The notes below the pieces were generated by a model, which made no database searches, had not been told where the DNA came from, and saw only the letters and a list, made by a program, of their open reading frames with translations. DNA of 57,612 nucleotides, counting the filler, from Sphacelaria rigidula (taxonomy: Eukaryota), in assembly GCA_964200075.2 (NCBI GenBank). It is 8 parts of 8 records of this genome, joined end to end, with 100 filler letters (N's around TTAATTAATTAA, not from the genome) between each part and the next. Parts side by side here need not be neighbours in the genome. Positions count along the whole stretch, not along the records: positions 1 to 7,115 come from CAXNAA020016415.1; positions 7,216 to 14,330 come from CAXNAA020016416.1; 6 more parts are not named here. The stretch is one strand, 5' to 3'. Numbering within the stretch: position 1 is the first letter of the stretch; each line of letters begins with the position of its first letter. Made by a program: the position numbers and the translations under genes. Shown here piece by piece: positions 1 through 11,639 of the stretch.

Positions 1-3
1 GAA

Positions 4-67
4 AGGGATGCGTGGTCAATGGTCAAACGACTAAGGCAAGCAACAAATGAGTACGCCCCCCCCCCCC
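4..67 (+). repeat. Dispersed high-copy repeat end (AGGGATGCG.GGTCAATGGTC...ATGAGTAC + poly-C), contig-end family
   Basis: Same sequence recurs at 50537-50592 (+), 50345-50399 (-) and 43161-43186 (-), each at or within about 40 nt of a contig end. Confidence 0.8.
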
Positions 68-108
68 TATCGTAGGATGACTCAACGAAAGATTTTCTTC
101 GAGAACAG

Positions 109-536
109 AGAGATTATCTTCGAAAGTAAGGTTGAACATTGAAATGTGTTTCAACCCCAATACAGTGCTTTCCATGACCTAAATGAATTACAAAAGACTT
201 TCACATGTACGATCTCATGCCCCTGACCTCCCTGAAACTAATTCGGGGGGTAGGTATCCCGTCTTCCTTTCCCACAAGCGGTATGTGCGAAAGCACCTTT
301 TTGCCTCCTTGTCGGGATGTAAAGGGACGCTTCGTACCCGGAGAGTGCTGCTTTTGCACACACTCTTCGGGGGAATGGAAGACGGGATACGTACCCCCCA
401 AAATAGGTTCAGGGGGGTCGGGGGGTATGAGGTCGTCCATGTAGATATCATATGTCATGAAATAAGGGTCAAGAAAAACACTGCTTTTGAGTTGAACCTC
501 ATTCTGATGTTCGAGCTCACTTTCGAAGAAATCTCT
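109..536. mobile_element. Foldback/MITE-like imperfect palindrome (~430 bp)
   Basis: Left arm (agagattatcttcgaaag...ggtaggtatcccgtcttcc) is the reverse complement of the right arm (ggaagacgggatacgtacc...ctttcgaagaaatctct). A related fragment lies at ~21490-21544. Confidence 0.75.
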
Positions 537-3500
537 TCAAAGAGGCTGACCATTGAAACGTGGTTCAAGTCTCTTCTGAGTTTTTGATTTTTTCCCCTGA
601 ATAGTATGGAAAACGAAAGCGATTTCGAATAGTTTGTTTCTGTTAAATGCCAAAGCAGATGTGTGACTGGGTGTTATCCTAGGTATCATCATGTACGACT
701 GCTCGCTGCCGGGACAACAGTACAGATTGTGCTTACGGCCGCGTTGTATAGAAGCCACGCCCATGGAGGCTTTCTTGGCACACCTTGTGAAACAAGATAC
801 GCCTTGCGGTGGCTTAGCTGCCGCTAGGCGTGGCTCACATGGGGGCTGGTAAACTGTGATCTGTGAGCTGCGGTGCTCTTTTTGTCATGTGACGTTAACG
901 TGCACTGGTGACAGGAAACATATTTTCCCTCTTGTCTACCCTCGTTCACTTCGTAGAAGCCACTGCAAGCTTTTGCCTGGCGCGAGATATGCTTCCACGA
1001 CGAGCAAGGGTGTTGGTGTAACACATGGACTACTTACCATTTCATGTATGGCTCGCACGGTCGAGCGCTGACGAGAAACGTCTTGCCTGAGATAGCTTGG
1101 GTGGCGTTTCAAGGATCACAGCTGAGAGAAGACATGCCCAAAACAATTCAGCAAGTTTAGGATGACAAAAAGCAAGGAGAAGCGTGAGGGGTGCGTCACA
1201 AGTGCCGGGAAGACACGGCTCCATTCATTGCCCACACAAAACTCCTCGTGGTCGATTATCGTGACATACATGTGTGATGCTTGGATGACCGTGTTGTCGC
1301 GTGCTTCAACACGTTGCCACGCCTAATCCAGCGGCTCAGTGCTTTTTTCCTTGTCGCGCATGCTGTTGCTCTCCTCTCTAAAGCCCGTACGGTTAATGAA
1401 CTGTGAGTGACTGCAGGCAAAGTGGTGCGGAAAAAGGTCTTTCTTTGCTTCGCAGGTCCCAGCCCTGAACTAATTATGAACCTTATCCTGACAGATTCAA
1501 GATGGGTGTGCCTATGGGTGAGGGAGGCCGCTGTCATCGTCTCCCGTCGTCTTTCAAAAAAAGTATTCCAGGGCTTTTTTCGAGCCCTGGGAAAACTCGC
1601 AAAGGACAAGGAATTTTCCATGAATGCTATTTTTCGACTCTGACATCTATGGAACGTTTCCAGCAATCGAAGCATTTTTCCAAAACACGAACGGCGCCAC
1701 TTCACGTGTACAACTTCCACCCCCGGAACTCGCTATCTTCGTCATTGTCTAGGCGGTAATATGGGGGTGATCAAAAGTGCATTGAGAAATGCCGGACCAC
1801 CAGGAACTAACATGAATATACCTGGGTACCGGGGAAATAACTCGGCCCACTTCGGGTAGGGTACAGCATTCACTGGATATCACCCTTGCGCTCCCCACTC
1901 TTGGATAAGGGGTAGGTACGTGACTAGCGCAGCGAACGAAGCACGATCTCGTCGGGGAGGGGTAGATGAAGTCGTTGTAAACTCCGTGCGAGACGCTCAT
2001 ATAAGCCCGTGTATAATGTTGTGTCGCGCTGTCCTTACTTTTATTCTCATTATTCTGTACAACAAAAGCTGACTCTCTATCTGTACTCAAATACATTAGT
2101 CATCCCAAAGAAAATTCTCAGCTATTAATAACGCAAAAAAACAACTGTTAACCGTACAACTACTACTTCTGTACAACATCAAACCAGCAGTAGTACAGGC
2201 CGTATCATACCGCATATCGTGCACAAACTTTATACGCGAAAGGCATATCTGCCTCTCTAACGAAACGCAAAACGAATCGTTGAGTCATGCACACATCTTC
2301 ATATCAATCTCCATGCTCAAAGTCAAACCGACCGTCCCACGCCCTCTTCAATCTTCATGAAGAACGTCGAAGGTACACAACTGCTATCAACAGCAAGTGG
2401 TGCGATGTGCCCGACACTTCGCCCACGCCGTCAAACACCCCCATCACCGATTCAACCAAGGAGGCAAAACCACCACGCGCACGCGTCAGTTTACATGATG
2501 TGATACTGCCCCCAGCTCATCCTCTCATGGTCAAGACCAGTGAGCGACATCGACACCGTATTCTAAAACAATATCACAGATGATGTCTATTGGCCAAGTA
2601 CAGTACGAGAGACGAACTACGTCGTGCTCGTGAATCATCACGCACATGTGAATCATAACGCACAAAACAGCGCCATCACAGCATTCCCTCAGTCAAAGAT
2701 GTGTTAACCATGTTGTACACACACAAAATACCAAAGCCCCTGTCTTTAATTCTACACCAAGATAACCCTGTACAAGGCCGAAAATGAAAACCCAATATTT
2801 GCACGTTACGCCGATCTACAAACTCGCAGGCAGAAGTCCATATCTGGATGGTACTCCTTCGTGGACACATTGCAGCATTTGAGTACATGCATTCGTTTCG
2901 CTCATCCATCCCAACGCCAGAGCCCGTTACCCAACGTCACTCGCCATGTACAAGATCAAAGTGTCGTCAACCCGTTAGTACCAGTTCTCGTCACGACACC
3001 AAGCGGAGGCCAACACCTTCAAGTCACTCCTCACCTTACCGGAGACTATATCCCTTCACTTCACGCCTCGCAGTCAAGAGCAAAGGCCACGCCAATGACT
3101 GCAAGTCACTCTTCACATATACAACATGCCGACGGACGTCGGAACCTTGACGGTATAGTATTAGATGTTATGTACAAAACCGAATCTAAACACAGCTTCT
3201 GAGCGGCCCCATGCGCAAAACCGATACCGAACCCCATGCATGCGGTCAAACAGCGTGTCAACTACACCAGGGAAACGCGGAACCAACACGTTGGAATCGC
3301 ACGTCTGAACTCCTCGAGCCCGAAATTAGACAAGTCCACACCAAAACTCTGCTTCTCCTGTACAACAGCAATTCAAGATTTGGTGTCTGCGTCGTAACTC
3401 ATACGCTAGACAAAAAACGGAAGCCAACACCTGTCAGGCCCACAACCGCCAACACAATTTTCCAAGCCAGCTCTACACTTTCGGACTCATCTTCGTGTGT

Positions 3501-6500
3501 GAAATAAACCCCCAACTTCTCACGTCCTCTGGCTATCCTTACACATAAAAAAATCAACGCTACACCCCTTCCACCAGCTAAGGTTTGTGCGACGTGCCCA
3601 ACAACCCATAGCCATGCTATCAGCCATCATCAACCGACCGGTTGTGGACTGTCAGACTCACCGATTTCAAACAACAACCCATAGCCATCACTCACACTCT
3701 CCGGTTGACGTCGTGCAAAATCGTTCCCAGCTCAACTTGTTATGGTCAAGATCAGCTTGGGACATCCACACCAGGTTTTGGCATGTACATCTCAAATGGC
3801 ATGCCGCCACGTACAATGGGGAACGGCCCACGTCATGTGCGTAATAATGCCTCGTGTAGCACAAGAAACACCCAACATGACGAGAAAGAGCTTCTCGGAA
3901 GTATGTTCGACATGCTGTACACACGGATGACCGAAGCTCACGCTCTTCGAGGGGACACCACTCGGCCAGTTCAAGACCGGAAGCAATATCAATACCTTCA
4001 CTTTCCGCTCATCACTTACAAACGTACGAGGAAACTCCATATGGTATCACTTCGTCATGTACACAATACTAGAGGGCAAGCCTCCATGCCATGCCTCATG
4101 TACAAAACTACAGTCTACTACCCAACGCCACACGCCATGTCACAAATATCAACATTAATTACATCAACACCTCGGCGCCAGTTATTATTCATGACGCCGC
4201 CCTTCTTCATTTTTCATGCCCCGCCCCATGCCCCATGCACGAAAGCGACGCGAAAGCCAACGACTGTACTTCCCATTTTATGTACAAAATGCAAGCGAAC
4301 GTGCGCACCTTCATACCTCTCCTCATGTACACAAGCAAACCCCTGCAAAAGTACCGGGCGATTCGCCAACGAACAAAAACAATTCCAAGCCTCCCGGCCT
4401 GCGGTCGGGTACAGGTTGCGTGTGCGACACCCAATCACGAAACCAACACGGCTGAATCGCCCATCATTCACAAAATGAAGACAGCTCCACCCCAAACCGC
4501 TGCGCCCGCTATGCGGCATTGAATGAGCAGGGCGCCCGTTTTATGCCGCAACTCATGCGCAAAAAATAGCCACGAAATGCGGGCCAACACCTGTCCGACC
4601 CATAACGTCCAATGCCAAGTAAAAGTCATCGTCACGCCCACACACCAATCTCTGAATGTGCAAGACTAAGACTAACACTCTCATGCACTCCTTTAAGTTT
4701 CGTATAAACAAAGCAAAGCTACACCTCTGTGGTCAATAACGCGTTGCGCGATGTGCCCAACACGCTGCCCATGCCATCAGGCATCAATCACCAGACGAGC
4801 GTGTATATACTGCCGGATTCAGTTATCTCAAGCAACGAGGCATCACCATGCGTACGCTTTGGCCATCATAGTTTGGAACAGCCCCCCATCCCACCTTCCC
4901 ACGGTCAAGGCCAGCTTGCGACATCGACGCTGCGATTTAAATATATATGGATATTTCGCGAGTCCAACCATGGGTCCAACTCCACATACCTCCTGAATGG
5001 ATTCCTCGACAAAACTGGAAGGGATGAACATCTGTTATTCACGCTTTTCTGTTTTCAGGTCTACAACGAACAATCTACGAAGGCGAATGACACGCCATTT
5101 ATAAGGAGCAATACCTCGCAGACCAAGATATGGCTTACCTCTCGCACGTCCTTCGTCCATGTATCAGTTCTATCAGCGTAGACGAACGACCGAGAAACTA
5201 GGCCACCGCCGGTGACGACACTTTTGCGCTGTACTACATGGCAAAACTCACCCCTTCCTGCAACAAATCGAACTCGATGTCTTGTGGTGTGAAACTTTTA
5301 ATTTTCCCAGAGATCCAATGCAGCTGTACCAAGACACATAGGCATTCGCACCCTTTGCGCTGCCTTGTCAGCCTAAAATGTCGTATACCCGTTGCAACTT
5401 TGCTGAAAGTCGTGTCACAACCTTGACATGTGCGGGCGTTCGCGAGGCTGGATAACATTGTGCATCAGAGCTCTCAGTCAGCAGCAATCTTGCCGTTGCA
5501 GTGCCCTGGCACTGTGTTTGAAAACTGTGGTACTGTACGCGATACCACCGACCGTCGTCAGCGGCTCCTTGTAGTGACATGTGAATATCTCATCTTGTAC
5601 CATCAGTTAGCTGTATGCGCCCTCTTGTCCACGCCTCATTGTTTCCGCTCGTCGTCGTACAGGAAGCTGGAGCTGCTCGTCGGCCACCTGAATTGCGCCA
5701 TCCATTATCTTCCGAAAATGGAGCGCAAGACTACAGGCGCAGGAAGTTCTGACCTGTTCCAAGCCCGTAAGATGCCTCCATACCATACACAGCCTGGTAT
5801 GACTATCCCGAAACCTGAAACACGATGTTTTTCCCCTCGTTTGTCGTACCTCAGTCGGCAAGTTTAGTTAAGGTCGGTTCTCCCTATTTAGCAGTCCTCT
5901 CCGGTTTTCGTGTGTGCAGAGTCCTGGCGCAGCGTTTGCGTTGGATAGCTTCAGCAGCATATATAATGAAGCACAAGCGTGGTGTGAATCTCCAGGGTGG
6001 ACAAGTGTAGAACGTGCTTCCTACGACTGCGAAGCAGTAGACCCCAATTTGTAGTATATCGATTTCTGCCGCGATTTCCCCGCAGAAGTAGTCGACACGT
6101 GAATGTGTTCTTCCGCAGGTACTGTAGACAGCTGCCGTTGGAAGTCTCTCCCCCGTCGAACATCTGAGCCGTCATCACCTCGGGGCTCTTCATACCCACG
6201 CCTTCTACCTCAAGTTATCAGGACATGTATTCGACGTAGAAAACGATGACGCCATGATGACACCATATATATCCAGTCGCCGTCTGATGATGACATTAAA
6301 GTTGCTGCCAGCAGTTTTCTGGTTATTTTTTGCTCCACAGCATCAGATAGGCAGGCGAAGCCTCATGCTGAAGGTACACGAGAGCCTGATTCCGCTGCGG
6401 TCGTCGCCCTCACAGCAGCACATATACTCATCAGCTGGTGTCCCTGTTCCCACCGCCGAACTCCAAGACACACGTACATGTGTTTATCTAGCCGTGTGAC

Positions 6501-7115
6501 CCTTCATCGTGGTTTCCTTTTGGTTTTTTCTTCGTTCCCGGTCTCCCCACATTCTCACTGCAGTAATGCACCGTCCAAAGTCGTACTAAAGAGAGAATGA
6601 CTAAAATTCCACGTGTAGATACCTCCGGCACCATCCGCCTCCCCACAGAGCTGCTTGAAACGGTCAGCACTTGTGGTCCTCGGGAGGGTAGGTAATAGTC
6701 GTAGAAAAGTACCACTCGATCTCCTCTGTCAACGCATCCAGATACGAAGGGTCACGCCTACGAGACATTCGTAGCGTAAGGACGCGAAAAGGGTGAGTGC
6801 AGTACATGAGGTTGGCGTTGCTAGCTTACGACATACACGTACCCATGGGTTCATGTGCATTGTTCGTTCCATAAATTTCGTGCCTGGCTGATTCGTTCAG
6901 ACCGCTTCCGTCACCTCGCATATTACAGTACCACAAACTCCACGAACGAGTTCAGTCAAGATGTTCCGTGAAACATAATCGGACAGAGTTATTTGATGTC
7001 GATGAGATAAATCGCACCATGCGGCTACGACAACTTTCACGCATGGTCCAGTCAAACATCCGAAGAAATTTTCGAACAGCAAAACGAAACTTTTCCGGGA
7101 TCGGCATCGGACAGT

Positions 7116-7215
7116 NNNNNNNNNNNNNNNNNNNNNNNNNNNNNNNNNNNNNNNNNNNNTTAATTAATTAANNNNNNNNNNNNNNNNNNNNNNNNNNNNN
7201 NNNNNNNNNNNNNNN
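7116..7215. other. Artificial contig spacer N44-TTAATTAATTAA-N44 (also 14331-14430, 21545-21644, 28759-28858, 35973-36072, 43187-43286, 50400-50499)
   Basis: Seven identical 100-nt spacers carrying a six-frame-stop linker; the intervening segments have descending lengths of 7115 to 7113 bp. Confidence 0.98.
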
Positions 7216-7305
7216 CTTTTGCGCTGCCATGGTGGTCAGCACGGCACAAAAGGCAACAAGACGGTCCAACGCTGATAGCTTCGAACGTCTTTTGTGTTGT
7301 GTCGC

Positions 7306-7450
7306 AGAGGTGAAGTTTGCCGGTATGCTTCCAGGAGTGGAGAGCACGAAAGTGATTTTCTTCCACTCGTGCTACGACCCTGAGCCCATGAGGCCCATGA
7401 AGTAATTGCTCTCCGAACCCGCCATCACCGAAAGGTGCGGGGTATACCAT
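7306..7450 (+). pseudogene. Degenerate exon resembling part of a WRN-type 3'-5' exonuclease domain
   Basis: After a pyrimidine-rich ...tcgcag acceptor it reads EVKFAGMLPGVESTKVIFFHSCYDPEPMRPMK*LLSEPAITERCGV, similar to the P..L..LL.DP.I.KVGV stretch of DnaQ/WRN exonucleases. It has an internal stop. Confidence 0.3.
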
Positions 7451-8217
7451 ATGCAGCCCAGCCGCACAGCATGAATCGTTTTTTCTTCGACGTCGTCTAC
7501 ATCATCCTCAGTTGTTCCACGATACTCGACACTCGTGCTAATTGTTTAATTATTTTCTGCTGCTTCGTTTTTGCGGTATGTGAGCAAAAGGGTCAAGTGG
7601 GGTTGATGTTGTGGGTGACGCCCGCAACTACTGCCACTTTATGTCTCCTTGACTGCTGATGTTGAGAAGGACGGTGAATGTGGAGTAGAGCGTAGTGGGC
7701 GTGTGCTTCCCGAGTGCAACAGCTAAACAATACAAGCACACAACAATACATTAGTGCAGTCGCTGGAGCAACTACATTTCCGCCACACCGACCACTCGCA
7801 GGTTTGTAAATATGTACTCACGTTAGAGTTGATTTTATATTAGCGAGATCGTCATTCGTTGACGTCTGTATTTGTGATTGATATAATTGGCTCGATTACG
7901 GGTCATTTTTTCTGCAGTGGATAGTGGTCGGTTCATTATACAGATATATAGTGCCCAAAATCGGGCCCCATTCACCCCCATAACAGTGTTGCGCCAAAAG
8001 AAGAAAATGAAAAACCGGAACAGAATCTAATCACTTTTCCGTCCAGTGCGCACTCCTGCAACACACAATACCAGACATAGCGACGTGTAACTGTTGACTG
8101 TGGTTCGTACAACACATGAGCGGAGGTTCAGTGCCTCGCAGCGGCTGAAGAGCGCGTCGGGTCTTGCGTCATGAAATGCGCAGCTCTACAGACTGTGTGC
8201 CAATCGGTACACTACAG

Positions 8218-8822
8218 ATGGTATGATTCAGAGACGATTGCAGTACAGACTGGTGTCAGTTTTCCACCACATCGACCGCCTGCGCCCGCACATATGCTTT
8301 CACCTGTAGTGCGCGAAGTCTGGGCAGCTGGATGGCTGATTTGAGAGTGCATGGACGGCATTCCCCAAAATGGGCTCGGGCCATTTTGTACGGTGTTCCC
8401 AGGCCCAGTCGCGTGGATGCTTCGGGCATATGCTGCCTTTTTAAATTTCAAACCAATCAGCGGCGCCGCCAGAGATGCATGCAAAGGATTGTGGCGTTCT
8501 CCGGTGCGGCGAAAGTAAATTAGAACTTTTTCATACGGGTTTTTCACTTCATATACTACGCCCTGGGCGTGGTGGTGCGCTGGAACACCAAGCATGGTCG
8601 CCACCTATCGTCGTACAACGGGGCCCGCAAGGCACCACCGAGCAACACCATGCACACCACCGAACGCGGGATATGATCATGTTCTCGACCTGCAACTTGT
8701 GCAGACGATCCAGCCTTGAACATAGTTTTTCAGATATGCCGTGTGTTGGGTCGTGGGTCTTCCCTCCGGGGCACCTCGCTCATGTGAACTACACCTACTT
8801 TGCGGATGATCCAAGCTGGTAA
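8218..8822 (+). pseudogene. Frameshifted relic resembling the C-terminal region of DUF6729-associated putative transposon proteins
   Basis: Motifs across shifting frames: RCGESKLELFH...ILRPG, SYNGAR, GYDHVLDLQLVQTIQ. Resemblance is from memory of the family. Confidence 0.3.
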
Positions 8823-10777
8823 CTTATACAACGGTTCTTGTATGCGAAAATCGGCGTACATTTGACCTTTTCTTTCTTTTGGCGCAGCACTAAAAAGCAC
8901 AGACAGCGTTTGCACGACCGTGCCTCCTGAAGTGAGTACCTCTACAAGCGATACCAAGATAGGTATCATGCAGAATGACATCATCCAGAGTGTACCCAAT
9001 ACGGATCGATGCTCGTTTGCCGGGGCAGGAGCCACCCAGCAGGTCATGATGTGTAAGTGAGCAAATGCTGTTGTTTTTTTCCTCACACTTTGAACATCTT
9101 CGTGTCCATATATGCATCCACTGACGTCTCACACTGTCTGGGCCGAGGGGACTCCGTTTTGAAGGCGTATCGATGGCGTTGCCCAGAATCCGTTTTCACT
9201 TCGTGCGTCTGGCGCACGGCGTAAAACGTGCCGCCAATCCGGGAATATGCTGTCTGTGTTGTGGCTCTGTGCCAATGTTCAGGCTGGTTCGTTCAGACAC
9301 GGTGAGGAAATCCACAAGCAAAGTAATGCTTGACTTGTACTGAAAATACAGTAATGAGCCGTCGAAAGATACATGAGGTGCGTACTCGTATGATTCTCCC
9401 TGTCATCCCTGTCACAAGGACACACCTACCAACCCTGTCACAAGAATATCCCTGCGCCTGTATTGCATAGGAGCATCCTACGGGTTGCATGATCACGGGG
9501 ATTTCGGCCCCCCGCTGTGTTGGTTTTACACAGTTGACCCACAATGGGGACGTTTGCCCACGTGTGTGCCTTGTTCAACTCGTCAAAAGCTCACCGCACG
9601 GTCTGGTCTATGCTGACTAAGCGACTCAGGCCAAGGCAATGTTCAATTGTTTTCGACTGCATTGCTGTCATGTTCTCGTGACATTGGCGGCATGAGCGGT
9701 GTACTCGTGCTCCCAAATGAACGAGAACCCGACGAAGAGAAACACGGGGGGGAAATATCCTGCCAACAATCATCCTGGCGCTTGAAGTTTTTCATGAATT
9801 TGGGAAAGCTATTGTGGTTCGGGATCGACACCCCGCAAAAAAGAGCCAGTGCGGGCGACTTTCGATGGCCAAAACACGCGCCACAGGTATGAAATGACAC
9901 CCGAACCTGAACGGTAATGTACCGCTGCGCCTTCTTCATGCACTGCAAAAGAAAGCGCGTGATGAGATGCCTTGCCGCCAGAGAAAATTCGGCAAAAGTG
10001 GTGAAAACCGAGAAATGATACAAAAAGTGAAATTATACATGTACATACATATATTATTATAAGAATCTCTACTGTCGACGGCAGCTGACCGTATCAACCA
10101 ACGCCTCCGCAATAAACCAGGAGACACACGAGTGGGTGTCCCCCCCCCTGCCCCCCTTACCCCACCCCCTCCCCCTTCCCACCCCCTCAAAAACTCAAAT
10201 TTTCGATCTTAGGGCCTACATGTCCTGGCTTATGTTTTTCGCTGCCCCCTCGTTATCGGTGCACATTCTAATTGTTTTTTCTTCGAGTGATATTCTCAGA
10301 GCTAGAGTGCCGTTTGCACCTCTTCACTCTGAATACCGTTGTTCCTCCTCAGAGTTCATGGCGGAATGAAAAGAAAATACGCCCACCTCCACCACCATGA
10401 TCATGTCCAGTCCAAAGTCAATACACATTGACAAGCAAAGTGGGACATTCATCATCCATCACATCTGCCATGCTCATCACAATGCATTCACAAAGTAGAA
10501 AAGCTCGGCATCGCAATCAGGAGGAGACCTCTTTGGCGCCGGCCTGGTACCAGTGTTCGCTGGTTGTGTTCACACCCTGGACAATAGACGGCATCTATTG
10601 CGGTAATAATAGAATTTGCTGCAGTAGATGCCGATATTGTCGTCCGTAATGGTCATCGATCGGCAAAATTGTCCTCCTAGTGTTTTCGGCCATGTCTAGA
10701 TTGACCAATTTCCCACACTCTTGTCTGGGCAGTAGTTTGCTTCGGCCCTACACCGAAATCTATTGCGTCCGACCGAA

Positions 10778-11015
10778 TACATCGATCGACAGCTTTACAA
10801 ATTCTGTTGAAGAAAAGGGCTATCGATGGACCGCGTGCCAGATCTATTGATAACGACGATGGCTATTGACAGATTGTATACCAAATCTACTGATGACGGC
10901 AATACGTATCGATGGATTGCGTGTAAATCTATGCATGGCGGCAATGAATATCGATAGATACATACCATACTCTACTGTGGTATAAAATGCCTACCGATAG
11001 ATATTCTCTATCGTC
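10778..11015. repeat. Degenerate ~43-bp minisatellite rich in ATCGAT
   Basis: tatcgatgg-like anchors at 10821, 10864, 10907, 10949 and 10992 (spacing 43/43/42/43). Confidence 0.75.
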
Positions 11016-11365
11016 TATCGCCACACCTGCATCGCGACATACTACATATGTACAGTAAAGCATATTGTACTCCGTTGAGGTATGGTGAAGAAGCTACAGG
11101 TGGACATGCAGTGGGTATATAATGATACTACTTGTGAACATAGGACATCATCTTTCTACAGTTCTGGAACGCCTTTATTTTGTAGGTGTGGTGTTGGTGC
11201 CTATGGTTGTCCCTCTGATGGACATGATTGCTTACTTAATAGTACGTTTGTGTGTGGAACATTGTCAGTCCTAATCGACTGATATCAACGCCTATCGATA
11301 GCCTTCCTCCGTGGTGACTGGCTAGCTACAGGCTGAGCCAGCCTAGAGGCTGCATGAAAGTTTGC

Positions 11366-11639
11366 AGGCGGATGCGCCGGCCAATATTTGGAGTTGGACC
11401 CTGAAATTTGGTATGGATAATGGATGGGGCATAATAAAAAATCGGGGAGAAGCACATGATTTTTATTTTTTTTCGTGAGATAAGGGCGGTTTGCTGCAAC
11501 CTGAAAACTGATTATTGCCCTCAACTCACGAAAAAAAACGAACCTTCATGTGCTTCTTCCTGATTTTTTATTATGCTCTGTGCATTGTCCATACCAAATT
11601 CCAGGGTTCAACTCTAAATATTGCACAGCTCATTCGCCT
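11366..11639. mobile_element. Hairpin MITE (~275 bp, ~120-bp arms, short loop)
   Basis: caatatttggagttggaccctgaaatttggtatgga... pairs with ...tccataccaaattccagggttcaactctaaatattg. Confidence 0.8.

Noticed and set aside
3642-4478. 278-aa + strand ORF
   Set aside because: No recognisable motif; stop scarcity is explained by the A/C skew
4770-7115. Degenerate minus-strand coding region with a C2H2-like CQGCDTTF...RH fragment
   Set aside because: Too many stops and frameshifts, and no second motif to assign a family
7160-7171. TTAATTAATTAA palindrome recurring about every 7.2 kb
   Set aside because: Artificial linker inside N spacers. Cross-contig gene neighbourhoods, and ORFs ending in XXX-LIN, are meaningless.
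10778-11015. CRISPR-like appearance of the 43-, 41-, 82- and 114-bp arrays
   Set aside because: Units are similar over their whole length with no unique spacers, there are no cas genes, and the context is eukaryotic
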